A stretch of DNA of 64,000 nucleotides from Amphiscolops sp. MND2022. Its lineage: Eukaryota. Below the pieces are notes generated by a model. It was given only the letters and a program-made list of their open reading frames with translations. It had not been told where the DNA came from and made no database searches. The DNA is taken from contig OZ076409.1 of the NCBI GenBank assembly GCA_964187785.1, forward strand, positions 81,904,001 to 81,968,000, given 5' to 3'. Made by a program: the position numbers and the translations under genes. Below are positions 26,850 to 39,825 of the stretch, in pieces (the stretch's first letter is position 1; each line of letters begins with the position of its first letter).

Positions 26850-27740
26850 TTTCCGCCCATATTTCATATGGGAAGGAAAAATAATTAAATCAGGCGAGTC
26901 TTTTCCTAAAATTTGCCATGTTCCAAATTTATATCCAAGTTGAGGTGTTTCACTCATAGTATTCAACTGTGTAAGTTTAGTTTAATGCGATATGTATTTG
27001 TAGAGATTGTTGTATTTTTTGGTTGACCACCAATACAGCAGAATGGCCCAAAAATTACACTGAAAATGACTAACATTGTGAAAATTGCAGATTTCGTAAA
27101 ACATTTTTATGCAATTTTTGGCAAATTTTCGACAGACTTCGTAGCTTCGAATTTTGAAAACGTTCAAAAAATTCGTTGTCCAGAGGACTTTTCTAAAGAA
27201 ATAAAAGCAGATTTTCAAAAAAAATGCCTCGAATTAATACCGGAATTGACGAACATTCCAAAAACTTTGGATTTTTTAAAACAATTTTATGCAAAATTTA
27301 TCAAATTCTCGGAAGACTTCGTGGATTTGAGAAATTAAAACATTCAGCAAGGGTAGAAATCGTAGTCCAGGAAATTTTTTTGGGAAGAAAGCAAACCACG
27401 ATTGACAAAAGTTCCGAAAAATTTCGATAGACTTCGTGGATTAGAATGTTTAAAACTTTCAACAAAAAAAATATCGATTTCCTGTATGATTTTCCCAAAA
27501 ATGAATTTTCCCAGTTACTCATTAAGAAAATGCATAATATGACACTGAAAATGACAGAAATTCCAAATAAAATCTGATTTTGAATGTTTTTGTGCAATTT
27601 TCGACAGATTTCGTTGATTAGAATGTTTAAAACGTTCAACCAGGAAAAATATAAGGTCCAGTATGATCTCTGGAAAACGAAGGCTGTTAGTTATCAGAAA
27701 AATGCCTAAAACTAACACCGAAGGCCACAAAAAAGCCAAA
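26850..27740 (+). mobile_element. HINE family 2 copy (5' end and internal tandem repeats)
   Basis: Starts TTTCCGCCCATATTTCATATGGG, as at 57143; degenerate TTTTCGACAGACTTCGTGGATTAG repeats. Confidence 0.65.
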
Positions 27741-27904
27741 CCTTTGCAATTTCTGTTAAGTTTGTGATTGACTTGTGGCTTCGAATAAAGAAAACTTTTG
27801 GAAAAAGAAAGAGTTCGTTTTTTGGAGGCTTTGTTAAAGAAATTACAACAGGGTTCAGAATGTTCAAACTGTTCAGAGACAAACAAACTAGCTATGAAGT
27901 ATGC

Positions 27905-29332
27905 TTTTTAGTCGGCGCTTTTCTAGTGAAAAGAGCCCGACTATAACAGTGGCTAGTTTTTTTCTTTTTTTTCGTCAGACTTTTCACTCATCGCGTATGT
28001 ACCACTTTTTGTGAAAGATTTTCACTTTTTCCAAAAGTACTCAGTACTTGATTTTGAACGCATCCAAAGGCCTCTACCTTGAAATGCAAAACCCAGAAGG
28101 GTCCCTCCTTTCAATTTGTTGGCGCTATGAGACTTTCCCCACTCCCTTTTTAGTCGGCGCATTTTAAAAGAAAATGAGCCCGAATATTACAGTGGCTAGT
28201 TTTTTTTCGTCAGATAACAGAATGTATGCGTACTGGACACTTTTTACAGAACTACTAAAGTACTGGATCGGCAAACGGGGAGTGCATTTAAGATAGTGCA
28301 AAGGGTCCCCCCTTTCAGTAACTTCATTTTTATCGTAAGATACAAAACCGGACGAGACTATAGGGTCCCCCTTTGAGTTTTTTCGGCACTGTGTGACTTT
28401 TTTTCGATTTTTTTTTGTATCCAAAGGGTCCCCCCTTCAAATTGTTTGATATTTTACAGCAAACTGAAGTTTCGGAAAGCCCAAAGGGTCTCCCCTTTCA
28501 AGTTTTTTTGGCACTATGAGATTGGCTCAAAATTCTTATTCTTCGATTTTTCGTTTTTTTTCGAACAATTTTTTAATGTCTCGAAAGGGTCCCCCTTCAA
28601 TTTTTAAAAAATTTTGCAACATAAGAGATATATAAAAATCCCAAAGGGTCCCCTCTTTTAGATTTTTCGGCACTATGAGACTGTTCAAAATTGTCATTTT
28701 CTGTCTGAAATTAGGTTTTTTCAGTATATATCCACCAATAATTTTTTTTAAAACTACACGAAACTTGGACGTAATATGGAGTAAAGCACTATATCCGAAT
28801 TTTTGACGTTATATACGAATTATATTCTGTTTTACTAAGGAGGAGGCGGAGGTTCGAAAACAAGCGCTTCCATTTGTCCCAGCACACTATATCCGATCTT
28901 TGAGACGTTACACCGCGCAACAAATTGGATTTTGAAAAAACCCAAAGGGTCCAACCTTTTACAATTTCAAGAAGTTTGAGTTTTTTGAGCCTTAGATATG
29001 GCGCCGACTTTAGACGTTCTCGTCTTGTTTGGCTTTGTGAGACTTTTTTCGAAATTTTTTAAAGTCTTCAAAGGATCCCCCTTTCTATGTTTTTTGGTGT
29101 TTTGCACCTGAATGGATGTTGAAAAAGCCTAAAGGGCCGCCTTTTACATTTTTCGGCACTATGAGACTGTTAAACATTCTCTTTTTGTTTTTTTTGGAAA
29201 AATTTTAAAATTCTTTTTTTGATATTTTGCAACAAACTGGATTTTCAAAAAGCCCAAAAGGTCCCCCCTTCTACAATTTTAAAAACTTTTGAGCCTGGGT
29301 ATGGCGCCGACTTTAGACGTTCCCGTCTTGTT
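27905..29332 (+). mobile_element. Two nested HINE family 1 copies (inner 28147-29029 inside outer 27905-29332)
   Basis: Two 5' ends (27905, 28147) and two 3' ends GCGCCGACTTTAGACGTT(C/T)CGTCTTGTT-type (29029, 29332); removing the inner copy restores the family motif. Confidence 0.8.
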
Positions 29333-30905
29333 TGAAGAAACAGTTGCAGTATTTTGCTTCAAACATCTATTCGTTTTCATCGTTTACTATGCACTGCACT
29401 ATTTGTGCACTTTTTGAAACTTTTCGAAGTTAAAATGTTGAAGAGATTCAAACGTGAAGACAATGGTTCCCAAGTAAACGTTCAGACAACATGCATACAG
29501 GGCCGCATGCTTCTGTCAGAAAAACCTTCGAACTGGGCAAATAAAGTCGACAATCTCGAACGTCAAAAAATTATTGATTTTTCGTGCAATTTTGGACAAC
29601 TTCTCCTAAATTAGAAATTGAATAAGATCCAAACGAAAATGCGGTACGCCTTTCAAAAGGGAAATTTGACAGCTTTATACGAAGACCAAGCTCAGAGACT
29701 GACCAAAATAGTCGAAAAACCACAATTTCTCAAACTGTGATGTTTTGAGTTTGCTAGTTTTGTAAAGTTGTCGAGTGGTTTCTTGTTAGAGCCAAAGAAC
29801 TATTCAGCGAAGATCAAAAGCAGTATCAAGTGTTCTCTTTTGGAAAAATTTGCAGTTTTTTGAAACAAAAGTACCTAAAAATTTTCTAAAGTGTCCGACC
29901 GCATCTATTGCTTCCGATTTTCAAAGCTTTTAGCGATGTTTTCGAAATTAGAACACGTCAGCGAGTTAATGCTTCGTAACGATCAAGACTAAAACACTAG
30001 GTTCGCAACAAGCTTTTATGAGAGGTTTGCTGTTTCTACGGATGAAAACAATCTCTTAATCACCCAAAATATTCAAAAACGTTTGACCTTTCTATGCTGC
30101 CTTTTTTGCGAGATGTCTTGTCAATTTCGTGACATAAATTTGTATTAAGACTGAACAACTACTAAGCCCGGTATCGAATTTAGAAGTCGTTTAGGAACTG
30201 TAAATACAGTTCCGTCTTAGTATCAGCAGCAAAAACACCAAAAACCTACAAAATAATGGAAACATACTTTTTTGACAACATAGAGCGAATTTTTGTCCAG
30301 TTCAGGAAACTTTCTGTAGAAGAGGCCTTCGATCGACCTGAACGTTGAACCAATAGGTAATTCAAAACACTACTTGTGAACGAAAATGAGGATTTTCGAA
30401 TTTGAGAGCAGAGGTGTTGAAAATCCGAAGTTTCTCATTTATCGACATACTCCCGATTTGAACATTTCGAATGTTTTCTCAACTTCGAATAAACATAGGC
30501 TCAGAGTTGCAACATGTAGCTACTGGTACGAGTTCCGGAAAAGAAGTGCACAGCTGCAAAAATGAAGGTACCAATTTGTTTTTTAAAAAAGCCTCTAAAT
30601 CGTGAAATTCTTTTTTTCGACCGTTTTGTTTAATATCTGCTATTCAATACCCCTCGATACCCATGCAGAACGCCTTCAAAAGAAGACAGTTTTCCAGTTA
30701 GAAAAAAGCCAGGAGAAATTACCTCCAAAATGCGGAACTATTTTCGTGCTATAGCTGTACAATGTTCAATCTGTTTCGTGGGTTAGAATGTTGTAAACCT
30801 TCACAATCCACTAAATCCGGTATGCGGTGTGCAATTTGGAAGAGATATTGTTTGCCAAGAGCGTCAAAATATCCCAAAGGTGTTGAAAACTTCAAAATTT
30901 TCCAA

Positions 30906-31614
30906 TTTTTAGTCGGCGCTTCATGAAGTGAAACGCGACTATTATAGTGACTCTTTTCTTTTCTTTTTTTTCAATCCACACGAACTGACCAAAATAGTTC
31001 TTAAAAGTTCTACAAAATATTATTGCACCAAACCAAATTGCACCATTTGGCATAGCGAACTGAACCGAAAAAGTTTTTTCTGTTTTCCTGCGTAACATAC
31101 CATACCGGGCGAGACCAGAGGGTCCCCTTTCATTTTTTTTCGGCACTGCGAGACATTTTTCGGAATATTTTTTCCACAAAGAGTCCCCCTTCAATTTTTT
31201 TGCTGTTTTGCGACAGAATGGATGTTGAAAAATCCCAAAGGGTCCCCCCTTTCAGTTTTTTCGGCATTGTGAGATTTTTATCCGAAAATAAAAAATTTTC
31301 TCCTTCAATTTTTTGATGTTTTGTGACAGAATGCGTGTTTAAAAATCCCGAAGGGTCCCCTTTTTCCGTTTTTCGGCATTGTGAGAGTTTTTTTTCGAAA
31401 ATTTGTTTTTTCGCCAAAGGTCCACCCTTCAACTGCGACAAAAATGTTGACAATTTCAGAAGTGTCCCCCCCCTTTTAGCGGGCCAGGAGCTCGCCACTC
31501 GGTCCACTTTTTTTGGTTTTTAGATTTTCGAGTACTGTGAATTGACACTTGGAAGACCTTTTGCTGTTTTTGAGCCTTGGATATGGCGCCGACTTGGGCC
31601 GATCCCGGCTTGTT
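30906..31614 (+). mobile_element. Full HINE family 1 copy
   Basis: TTTTTAGTCGGCGCTTCATGAAGTGAAACGCGACT ... GATATGGCGCCGACTTGGGCCGATCCCGGCTTGTT. Confidence 0.85.
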
Positions 31615-34600
31615 GAATTGTCTACTGACTTTTTGTGTATATAAACATAAATTTAGTATGTTACGCACTGACATTCATTTAGTCCAACAACAAATCATTT
31701 CGGTGCTTAACGTATTCTTGAATTAGGTATTTGTTTTAAAAAATGAGCTCAGATTAATCAAAACGAGTCAAAACTTTTATTCTTCCACTTTTCTATGCAT
31801 TTTCATAGTGAATTGGCTACTTTTGAGTGTAGAAGAACAGTTTGCGGCTTAGGGCGCAATTCCATCCAATTCGATGCTCCGGAGTCATCGTAACATAAAA
31901 TAAATCGAGCAAAGAAATGTCTTGTACACTATTACAACACCCAAGAAGGGTAAAAGTCAATGTAAGGAACGCAAATTTCTTTTGAAAAATCTTTCCTGGG
32001 ATACCTTTCGCTGCAGATCTTGGCTTTCTTGAATCGATGTTAACAGCGCGTATTAAGCACACGAAGACACCCCTGAAACACGCTTGTTGATTGAAGGTTT
32101 TAGAATCCATTCGGATGCTTCAGAAAAAAAGGCCACGACCAAAATATAAAATTTGCTGGTTTGGTTTTTTTCAACTGTTTTTAAAAGTAGGAAAAGTGAT
32201 GTATACAGTACAAACCTACAAAATATTCAGAATATAAAGGGTATAGGGGCATGTTAAAGCTATAGAGAAAGCTTTTTAAAGAAATCTCTTTTTTGTGAAA
32301 AAATAATGAAACATGTCAAGCAAAACTCTTTCTAAACTCAAAATACCTCTAACATTCATCTACTTGACGACATCCATAACGTCAAGTTTACATTTTTTTA
32401 TCGGCTGGGCGTCATTTCGTGGCGCCCTCTCAGGGCCTTATCGAATTTAGTCAACTTCGATCTCAGCGACATTTCAGTCTCAAGCACATGTTGTAAAAGC
32501 ATTTGGCTAATACAAATGCTATCACGCAGCAACAACTATTTTCTAAATTAGCAGTTGACGAAGTTATCGCAATGGCGGCATGGTAACAGCATTCTAGCTT
32601 GGAGTGGTATGATTTTAATTCTCCGATTTGTTCGGATTGCTTCAAAGAGATTGCAGCTTTCTAGCTGTTCCGCTCAATTTAACCCTATTTGGACAATAAC
32701 CGAGAGTGTTCGTGATATAGCAAAGTTTCTCATGTAAAAACAGTATTTGCATCAGACGCCCAATTTTTTACTAGCTCAGTTAAGTTCAGTTGCTTGCTGT
32801 TCCAAAGACGCATTTTCACAATTGTGATAGGGTTTGAGCGCGCTCAGTTAGACTTCAAATTAGCACCATAAACTGACAACTTTGATTTCAAAATTTGATT
32901 ATTCAAACTTAATAAGTTGGAGACGACCGGCGCGACAACTACAGACTCGGAGTAGACATCGAGAATGTAGTTTGAACGCTGTGTTCCTGGTCGTCTGCTA
33001 ACCATGTTTTCTTGTACTGTATGATCGAAGTATCACTACAACAGGCCCAAATTTTGAAACCTCGTTTTAACTTTTCACGTATTCCCAAGACAAACAGGAT
33101 TCGGATTCGATAAATGCAATTCGATTCGGAAGAAAACAAAAAACAGCGATAAATGAACGCTTCAGATTTTACTCGCTCCAAGTCTTTCCGCGGCAGCTTG
33201 CTTTCATTTGACGTTTGTTGATACCATTGAAAGAAAGAAAAGAAATAAGCGTTTTGACAACATCCTTTTGAGATTGAAAAACTCAAAATTAAATACTTCA
33301 ATGGTTTCGCTTTTTTCACATTTTTAGTCGAAGTTATAAATAAAGAAACTACATTAAATGTTTTTCGATGTCCTTTTGTCGGAGTTGAATTTGCGTCACT
33401 CTGTATAAAGTTTTGGGGTATGCTTGTCCTCATTTGAAACGGAACCACTGTCGAGATTAATTGCCAGGAAATGAGATTTTTGTACAGGACTTTTATTGAT
33501 TATTGGTACATTGACATCACGAAAGTTTCAACTAAGCGGAAAATTGATACGAACTTTTGGCTCAATTATTTTTTACTTCAGATCAAGCCCAGTTAGCTTT
33601 CGTGATTCAAATGACCTGATTCAAGCATAGCATTTCAGTTGCTCTTTGCTGATTCAAGCCAACCATCTAACAAAACCAGACAAAAAATTGATATTTTTGT
33701 TTAGCGAACATCATGATGTTCGCCAAACAAAAACATCAATTTTCTGCAGACGATTAAATACGTCTACTTTTCATTTCTAATCAGAAAGACAATGAATCCA
33801 AAAATGAGAATTTTTTGTATAAACAAACGAGCAATGCAACCAACAAAGGCCAATTCTAATGTCTCAGAAAGAGGCATCATACAATGGGGACTTGTCAGTA
33901 CCAACATTGTAAAGACCTGCCATCTTTTATGGCACAAATGGGAGACAGCCAACAAATTATCTGGGTATAATGGAACAAAGAAATTTCAATTACAATGAAT
34001 CAACTTGTAATAACAACCGGAATCCAAATGTCACCCAATTTTCAGCCCCTGAGGTCTCCTTATCCGCAATAAGTTCCACAATTTCCAAAAGATAATCTAT
34101 GTGTCTTTGAATGCCCAGTCAAAAAGTCCTGAACTGGAAACGGAGGGTGTACCTTTTCAAGGCCGGATTATCCGGTACGACGATTTCATGCAGGTATACC
34201 AAGCAATACCTCAACTTATTTTGAGAGCCCGAATGGATGCGACGGTCATAGTAATTAGTGTCATTGAAAAAGCTTTCCTTTCAACAAAAATGTGGAGCCT
34301 TTTTGAAATGCAACCGAAATTTGGTTTTTGAAAGAACCTGAACTTAGACAGAAGCAAGAAGTCGAGGAGACGGCACACTTTTTGTTGTAATGGCGGAAAA
34401 GGTGGAAAGCAGGACTGCAGTAAAAAAAATACGTTAATGGAGCCGGCGGGGTCACCTGATTTTGATTGAATTATCAGGAAAAACTACAAAGAAGTGGGGG
34501 CCGGATTATTAGAACTCTGAAATATTTTTTCAATCGTCATTTCCATAAAAACCCGTAGCTCCATTATACCTACTGATTGATTTGCAGATGTTTCGATAAC

Positions 34601-35250
34601 TTTTTTTTCACAAAAATGGAAAAATAGCTGCTACATGATAAAAAACGTATACTTAGGAACAACAGTCAATTTTCGTTCGTAGAGTGAGATTATTTTCGTG
34701 TACGGAATTACAAAAAGTTGAAATTTGTTCTCTCGGGAAATAAAAAGCGCCAAACTTTGCACCTCCTTCTAAGGCTTGATTGAACTTCTTAACAAAAAGG
34801 ATTTTCTTGTTGGTCCAGCCTCAATCTCGTTAAGCTCCTGAAATAAAACTAAACAGCGAAATTTTTAGAGCCATGTAAATTAAATTACTTAGCATCGCTA
34901 AGTTATGCAAAAATGCGAGAAAATGTGGAGTTCCGTCAGCATGACGTATGAATGTACTTTGTGCATTTTCTTTTCTTCGATATCATTTCAACAATACCTT
35001 TTCGACCACTTTTGGTGACGAAGTTTGTTTGAATTCATTTATGAATTTTTCGAACCCAGGTAAACCATCATGACTCGTTCTCGGCTTTTCATCGATGATC
35101 ATGGCTTCTTCATGGCATTACTCCTGATTTCATGAAGAACCATGGATGATTTTTCATTCGGTTTGAATCATGAAAATTCACTTCATCAGAGTCATGAAAA
35201 CATGTTTTGTTAACCATGGCAGTTTTTTACCAGACTGTGATAACTTATGC

Positions 35251-37024
35251 TGTGGAAATTTTAGTTTTTGGCGCCTACAAAAATCCATTGCTTTTGCACG
35301 AAGTAAATACGATTGACAGAACTATGTTAATCACGTTTTTAAACCGCCGGAATAGTGAAAACAGCTGAAAAAGTTGACAATAGCGTGTTTCAATCGGACT
35401 TACTTGGTAAACTAGGTGCTTACTTAGTAAACGAAACGTCTGAGGCAAGTTTAACAAGTTAGTGAGTGACATCGACAATGAAATGAGTCGAAGAGGCTTA
35501 GTCAGATTTGATCCGTGAGAGCGAATTTTACTAAGTCTCACTTTTGAGCGAAAATTTTCTAAGATACACTATGAAAAACCAATCATCAATTTTCGGCAAC
35601 CCCCCCCCAAACGGTTTTTCTTAAAGATTATTATTCGTAGAGACCTGAAATTTGGCAAACGTATACCTGAGCTGTTATACTACTGGTTTGTGAAAACGGA
35701 ACTGAGTCGAGATCCCCAGTCCCGGGCAATTAGCACCGGAACATGGCCTAGGTCGACCCCCAACGAACTCGCCGACCAAGCAAGGAATATGTCAGACAAT
35801 GTATTGAATTGATAGCCTATAGGATATTAAGGCATTTGCGCATATTATCGAGAGCATACGACGCGCGTAGGGGGAGTACGGACCCTATGTAAACAAACCC
35901 CGATTGTTATGTAAATAGGAAACAGATTACCTGAGGATCATGAAACTTACCCAAGATGTTCACCTACCAACGCTAAGTAAAATAGTTGAAAGATACATTA
36001 ATCGAACCACCACGCGCGGGGTAATGTTTGTTTAAGGCACGCGGGACCGGACGCGCGGGCCCGACTGATTAATGACATTTGACCTTGGCTTGTAATATCT
36101 CAAACAAATCGGAATAACAAAGGTAGTCGATTACTAACAAGAATGAAAGCGTATTTGTAACCCATGCGTGGGTAACCACCTTAAGTAAACAAACCATACG
36201 CATAGCATGTAACTCTGGAACCCTTGACCCTAGGATGATATATCTTGGCACGTAGCAACTTTGGATGAAGACAAATAACTTCAAGGTCACCGACGGACCT
36301 TAAGGTCATTTTAGATGCAATCCCTGAACATATAGAGGAACTTACGATAAAACAGGTAAATCAGCGCCGTTTGCGTAATAATTTATGCATTTTAGTCAAG
36401 CGAGAGAATTCCGCGATGCACCACGCTCAGAATATGAGGAAAGTGCGCCTTACACGTAGAAAGCATGTAAACCATGTAGTTGAAGGTCATTGAACAATTG
36501 AAATATCCCGGGTGACTTGAATTATTACTGAAATGTGAACTTTGTACAACCACTGTTGTCGTTGTAAGTATTTGTCGTTGGCGGCGAAGAATGTTTAGGT
36601 GAAATATAACTGGGGCGCTGCCATGCCATAGAATGAATGGAGCTACATGACGTTAAAAGCATGCAAATAAAAGAGCGACATTGGTACAACAAATACGAGC
36701 GATGAACAAATAAAATATAGGCGGAATTGGAATAAACGTGAACAGACACAACCGAATTAGAGAGCTACAAGCAAGTTGAACCTCGAGACGGGGGCAAAAA
36801 TTTGGCTTTGCTATAAGAACTGGTTTGTCGTTAGCTCCAAGAGCTAGAGACAAAAATACTCCAAGTCAGGGACTTGTGTTTTGCGCGAGACTTAGATGGC
36901 TGAATCGCGAATAGTTATTAGTTAGCTGTTGTTGTTAAAGAACCAGATTGGACTTTCTTTATGAAAAGTAATTCGAATAATACTTCAACTTTCTTAGTTA
37001 ATCAAGGAGAGCCGAATAACTTGG
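35251..37024 (+). repeat. 5' LTR, truncated at its 3' end
   Basis: Aligns to 39826 onward until GAGCCGAATAACTTGG; TATA-like TATAAC at 36605 and AATAAA at 36666. Confidence 0.88.
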
Positions 37025-37027
37025 AAA

Positions 37028-37773
37028 TAACACTTCGTCTCAGTGGCAGAAGCTAACCGGTGGACTCAAATAAAAGCTATTAATGCACTTCCAGTTTGCA
37101 TCAGTGGGAATGCGCTAGATGAATTCCATGCTGCACCGGTCGAGCTGAAACAGCATGTCAACGGAAAACCGGTCCCCACGTTGCAGGCACTCTTCGAACA
37201 TTTAAACAGAGCCTTGGGTATGCTGCAAAACGACCGCAAGAGTAGAAGTGAGTCTGAAGCACTGACGCAAAAAGGAGGTGAGAGCTTCAGAGACTTTGCG
37301 CGCAAGGTACGAAGTACCGGCATGTTGGTGTATGCCAACATAAACACTGAACAACGAGATGAACAGTTTCGAGAGCGTTTCATTGAAGGTTTGTCCAACC
37401 CTGACCAACTCGAAGTATTACTTAGAGAAGACAACAGAACATTCAGAGAAGCAGTCGAGAGAGCAGTTGACGTAGACGCTATAGCTAAATCCATACGCAA
37501 CCTACCCAACAAGCGCATGGAAGCATTCAGGGTAGCACAGGAGGCTACCACAACCCGCAACCACTCGGAGATGGTTGAGATGAAGCGGCAGTTGAACGGA
37601 ATGACCAGTGCGATGAACAATCTGACGAATATGGTGAACCAATTGGTTGGTGCAGTTTTCAGTGCCGTCGATGTGATGTGTGCGGAGAAGATGGTCACTC
37701 TGCAGAAGTTTGCAAACAGAGAAGGAATGCTTTAAACTTGCGAGGGCCGGGAGGAGACCGTCACAGAAATTAG
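37028..37773 (+). pseudogene. gag: Ty3/Gypsy-type gag lacking its N-terminus, with one frameshift before the CCHC knuckle
   Basis: HFVSVAEANRW...L.G.A; LTQKGGESFRDF (major-homology-region-like); RERFIEGL; CDVCGEDGHSAEVC (CX2CX4HX4C, 37672-37713) in the adjacent frame, stop at 37771-37773. Confidence 0.85.
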
Positions 37774-37784
37774 CTCTCCCGGCC
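37731..37784 (+). promoter_or_regulatory. -1 programmed ribosomal frameshift signal
   Basis: T TTA AAC heptamer in the gag knuckle frame, 7-nt spacer, 9-bp stem GGCCGGGAG (37745-37753) / CTCCCGGCC (37776-37784); the -1 frame is open to 37970. Confidence 0.8.
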
Positions 37785-39013
37785 GAATCTTACGGTACAC
37801 TTTCACAAAAGCAAGCAGAGGTAATAGTGAGAGATGTTGCGCGACGATTGAAGAGCAAAACTTTGACTGCGGAGGCCGAGTTGGCAGGTCTCAACAAGGG
37901 TGGCAGTGACCACTACTCAGATAACCAGATGAACGTGGAAAGATTAGGAGTGGCACGTGAAATTCTGTAGCCGAGAAACAGGCTGGGCAACAAGGTACAC
38001 TTGGTTCGCGAGTGGATCAATTCTGCACGGTGCGAGAGCATGTAACAAGAAGTCATGAACTTGACTGTGATTTGGAAGTTCTGTCAAAACCGGACGCCTC
38101 GCTTGGCGACGCGGCAACTACTGCCAGTACATGGTCCCAACCGAGTGGCCTCAATCCAGAAGGGAAGTATGTGCGACAGGTATCTGTGACCACTTGTACT
38201 CCAGTGACTGGAGATTCCGAATTAATCGATCGAAGTCAAGTAAAAATCACCACCGCCAAGATTTTGCAACGTGAAAGGCAGCTGAATAAAAAGACTGTCA
38301 AGCCACAAGCGCGAAGAGAAGCTGATGAGCACCAACATCCAAAGGTTGCTCAGGGTGACCCAGATGATGGATTGATCGAGGAATTGCTGAAAGAGCTTGA
38401 TGAACCGCATGAATTTTTTGAAGACGATGAAGCGATGACTGATGCTCTATTACAAGAACTGGAACTCGAGATTGTGTACCCAGTCAAAGACAAACGAATC
38501 GAATTGATCGCAGAAATAGAAGGAAATGAATCTCTTGCGAAATACTGGGGCGCCCCTAATGTGTTAGTTGAAAGTATAAGTGAGATCAAAGGGGCCAGGA
38601 GCTTAGAAGGAAGTAAAGCAGAAGGGAAGTGCGTCTCTAAAGGTTCTCACTTGACTGGGCGTTTTGAGCGACCAAACAGTCTTGTTCCCATTGGAGTCAT
38701 CCAGCAGCACCCAAAGCTCTCCCACAGAAGACGATTGTGGGTACCCCACAGAAAGCATTGTAGACGAAAACATGAGCGTCTGCAGATGAGCTTGCATGGG
38801 CTGTGCTGGCCGACCCACCGAAAGCATGGCAGATGGAAACCCGAGCACACTATGATGCCACCGCTGCCACTGCAACTGAGACCAGATGGGAAACGATGCT
38901 GGTGCAGACAGAGGAAGAGAGTGGAGTGGAAAAGCGGAAACCGAGATAGAGGCAATACGTGCCCACCAGACAATGCGACAATAAATGTGAAACTCCACCC
39001 ACCGAATAGTTAA
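37731..39013 (+). pseudogene. Non-Pol second ORF of the LTR element (frameshift near 37955; 333-aa open part at 38012-39013)
   Basis: ORFs 37680-37970 and 38012-39013; acidic helical segment followed by basic H/W/C-rich repeats; no protease/RT/IN motif recognised. Confidence 0.65.
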
Positions 39014-39813
39014 GTATCAATTTTGCCAAAACTGATTTTTAATCATTAATTTTTTTATATTATTTGCTTTTGTGAAGTCAGTGTACTTCTTGTTCTCAGG
39101 CAAATCGAGGTTCCACCGACAACAGTTTGTTTGCAAGACAATGAAATTGTATCTAGTTCTTTATGATGAGTGACATTTCAGAGGCTGAACTTCGAAAAGC
39201 CCTTTTCTTGTATTTATATCCATTTTTCAAGGTATCAAAACCCAACACTGACCCTAACCGATTTTATTATATTGTGCCCATGAATATACACACACCCCTC
39301 TCTCACAACCACTACCCAAGTGCTACTCCTACTGTTGTTTATTAGACCATGCATACATCACCTTGAACATTCCAAACTATTTTTCGAATGTTCAAATTAG
39401 ACTGGGTAGGACTATTCCACTGCGCATTGCAAAAACAAACGGTTTAAAAAACTCTAGTAGGTTATATGAATCATGGAGTAGAATGAAAAAAAGTAGAGTG
39501 ATTTTTCAAGATTTTAGACTTTTGCTTTCCCGATATTCCGGTTTTTTTGACAAGTTTTTTTTACTGATCTTATGCAATATAATGGCGCTAACACTTTTAC
39601 TAGTGTTTGATACGCCTATTTTTCTTTTTTTTCGATGCTGATGTTTTACTAATTTGCCATTACTGTAGATTTTATCAACCGTGGTGCTAACGACTTTACT
39701 TTGAAATTGTTCAAACCATGCCCACAACCCCCCTACCCATCATAACAGTGATATGTAACTCACGGTTCAGCCAACGAAACCAACGTTATATTTATTCGGG
39801 AGAATACAAATCC

Positions 39814-39825
39814 AGAAGAGAAGAG
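39814..39825 (+). promoter_or_regulatory. Polypurine tract
   Basis: AGAAGAGAAGAG directly before the TG of the 3' LTR; homologous AGAAGGGAAGAG at 63771-63782 on the minus strand. Confidence 0.8.

Noticed and set aside
32005..32072. Minus-strand exon-like block GVFVCLIRAVNIDSRKPRSAAK as the missing beta1-beta2 exon
   Set aside because: Its splice phases do not fit the neighbouring phase-0 exon boundaries, and the similarity is weak.
37066..37698. 210-aa minus-strand ORF
   Set aside because: Antisense shadow of gag.
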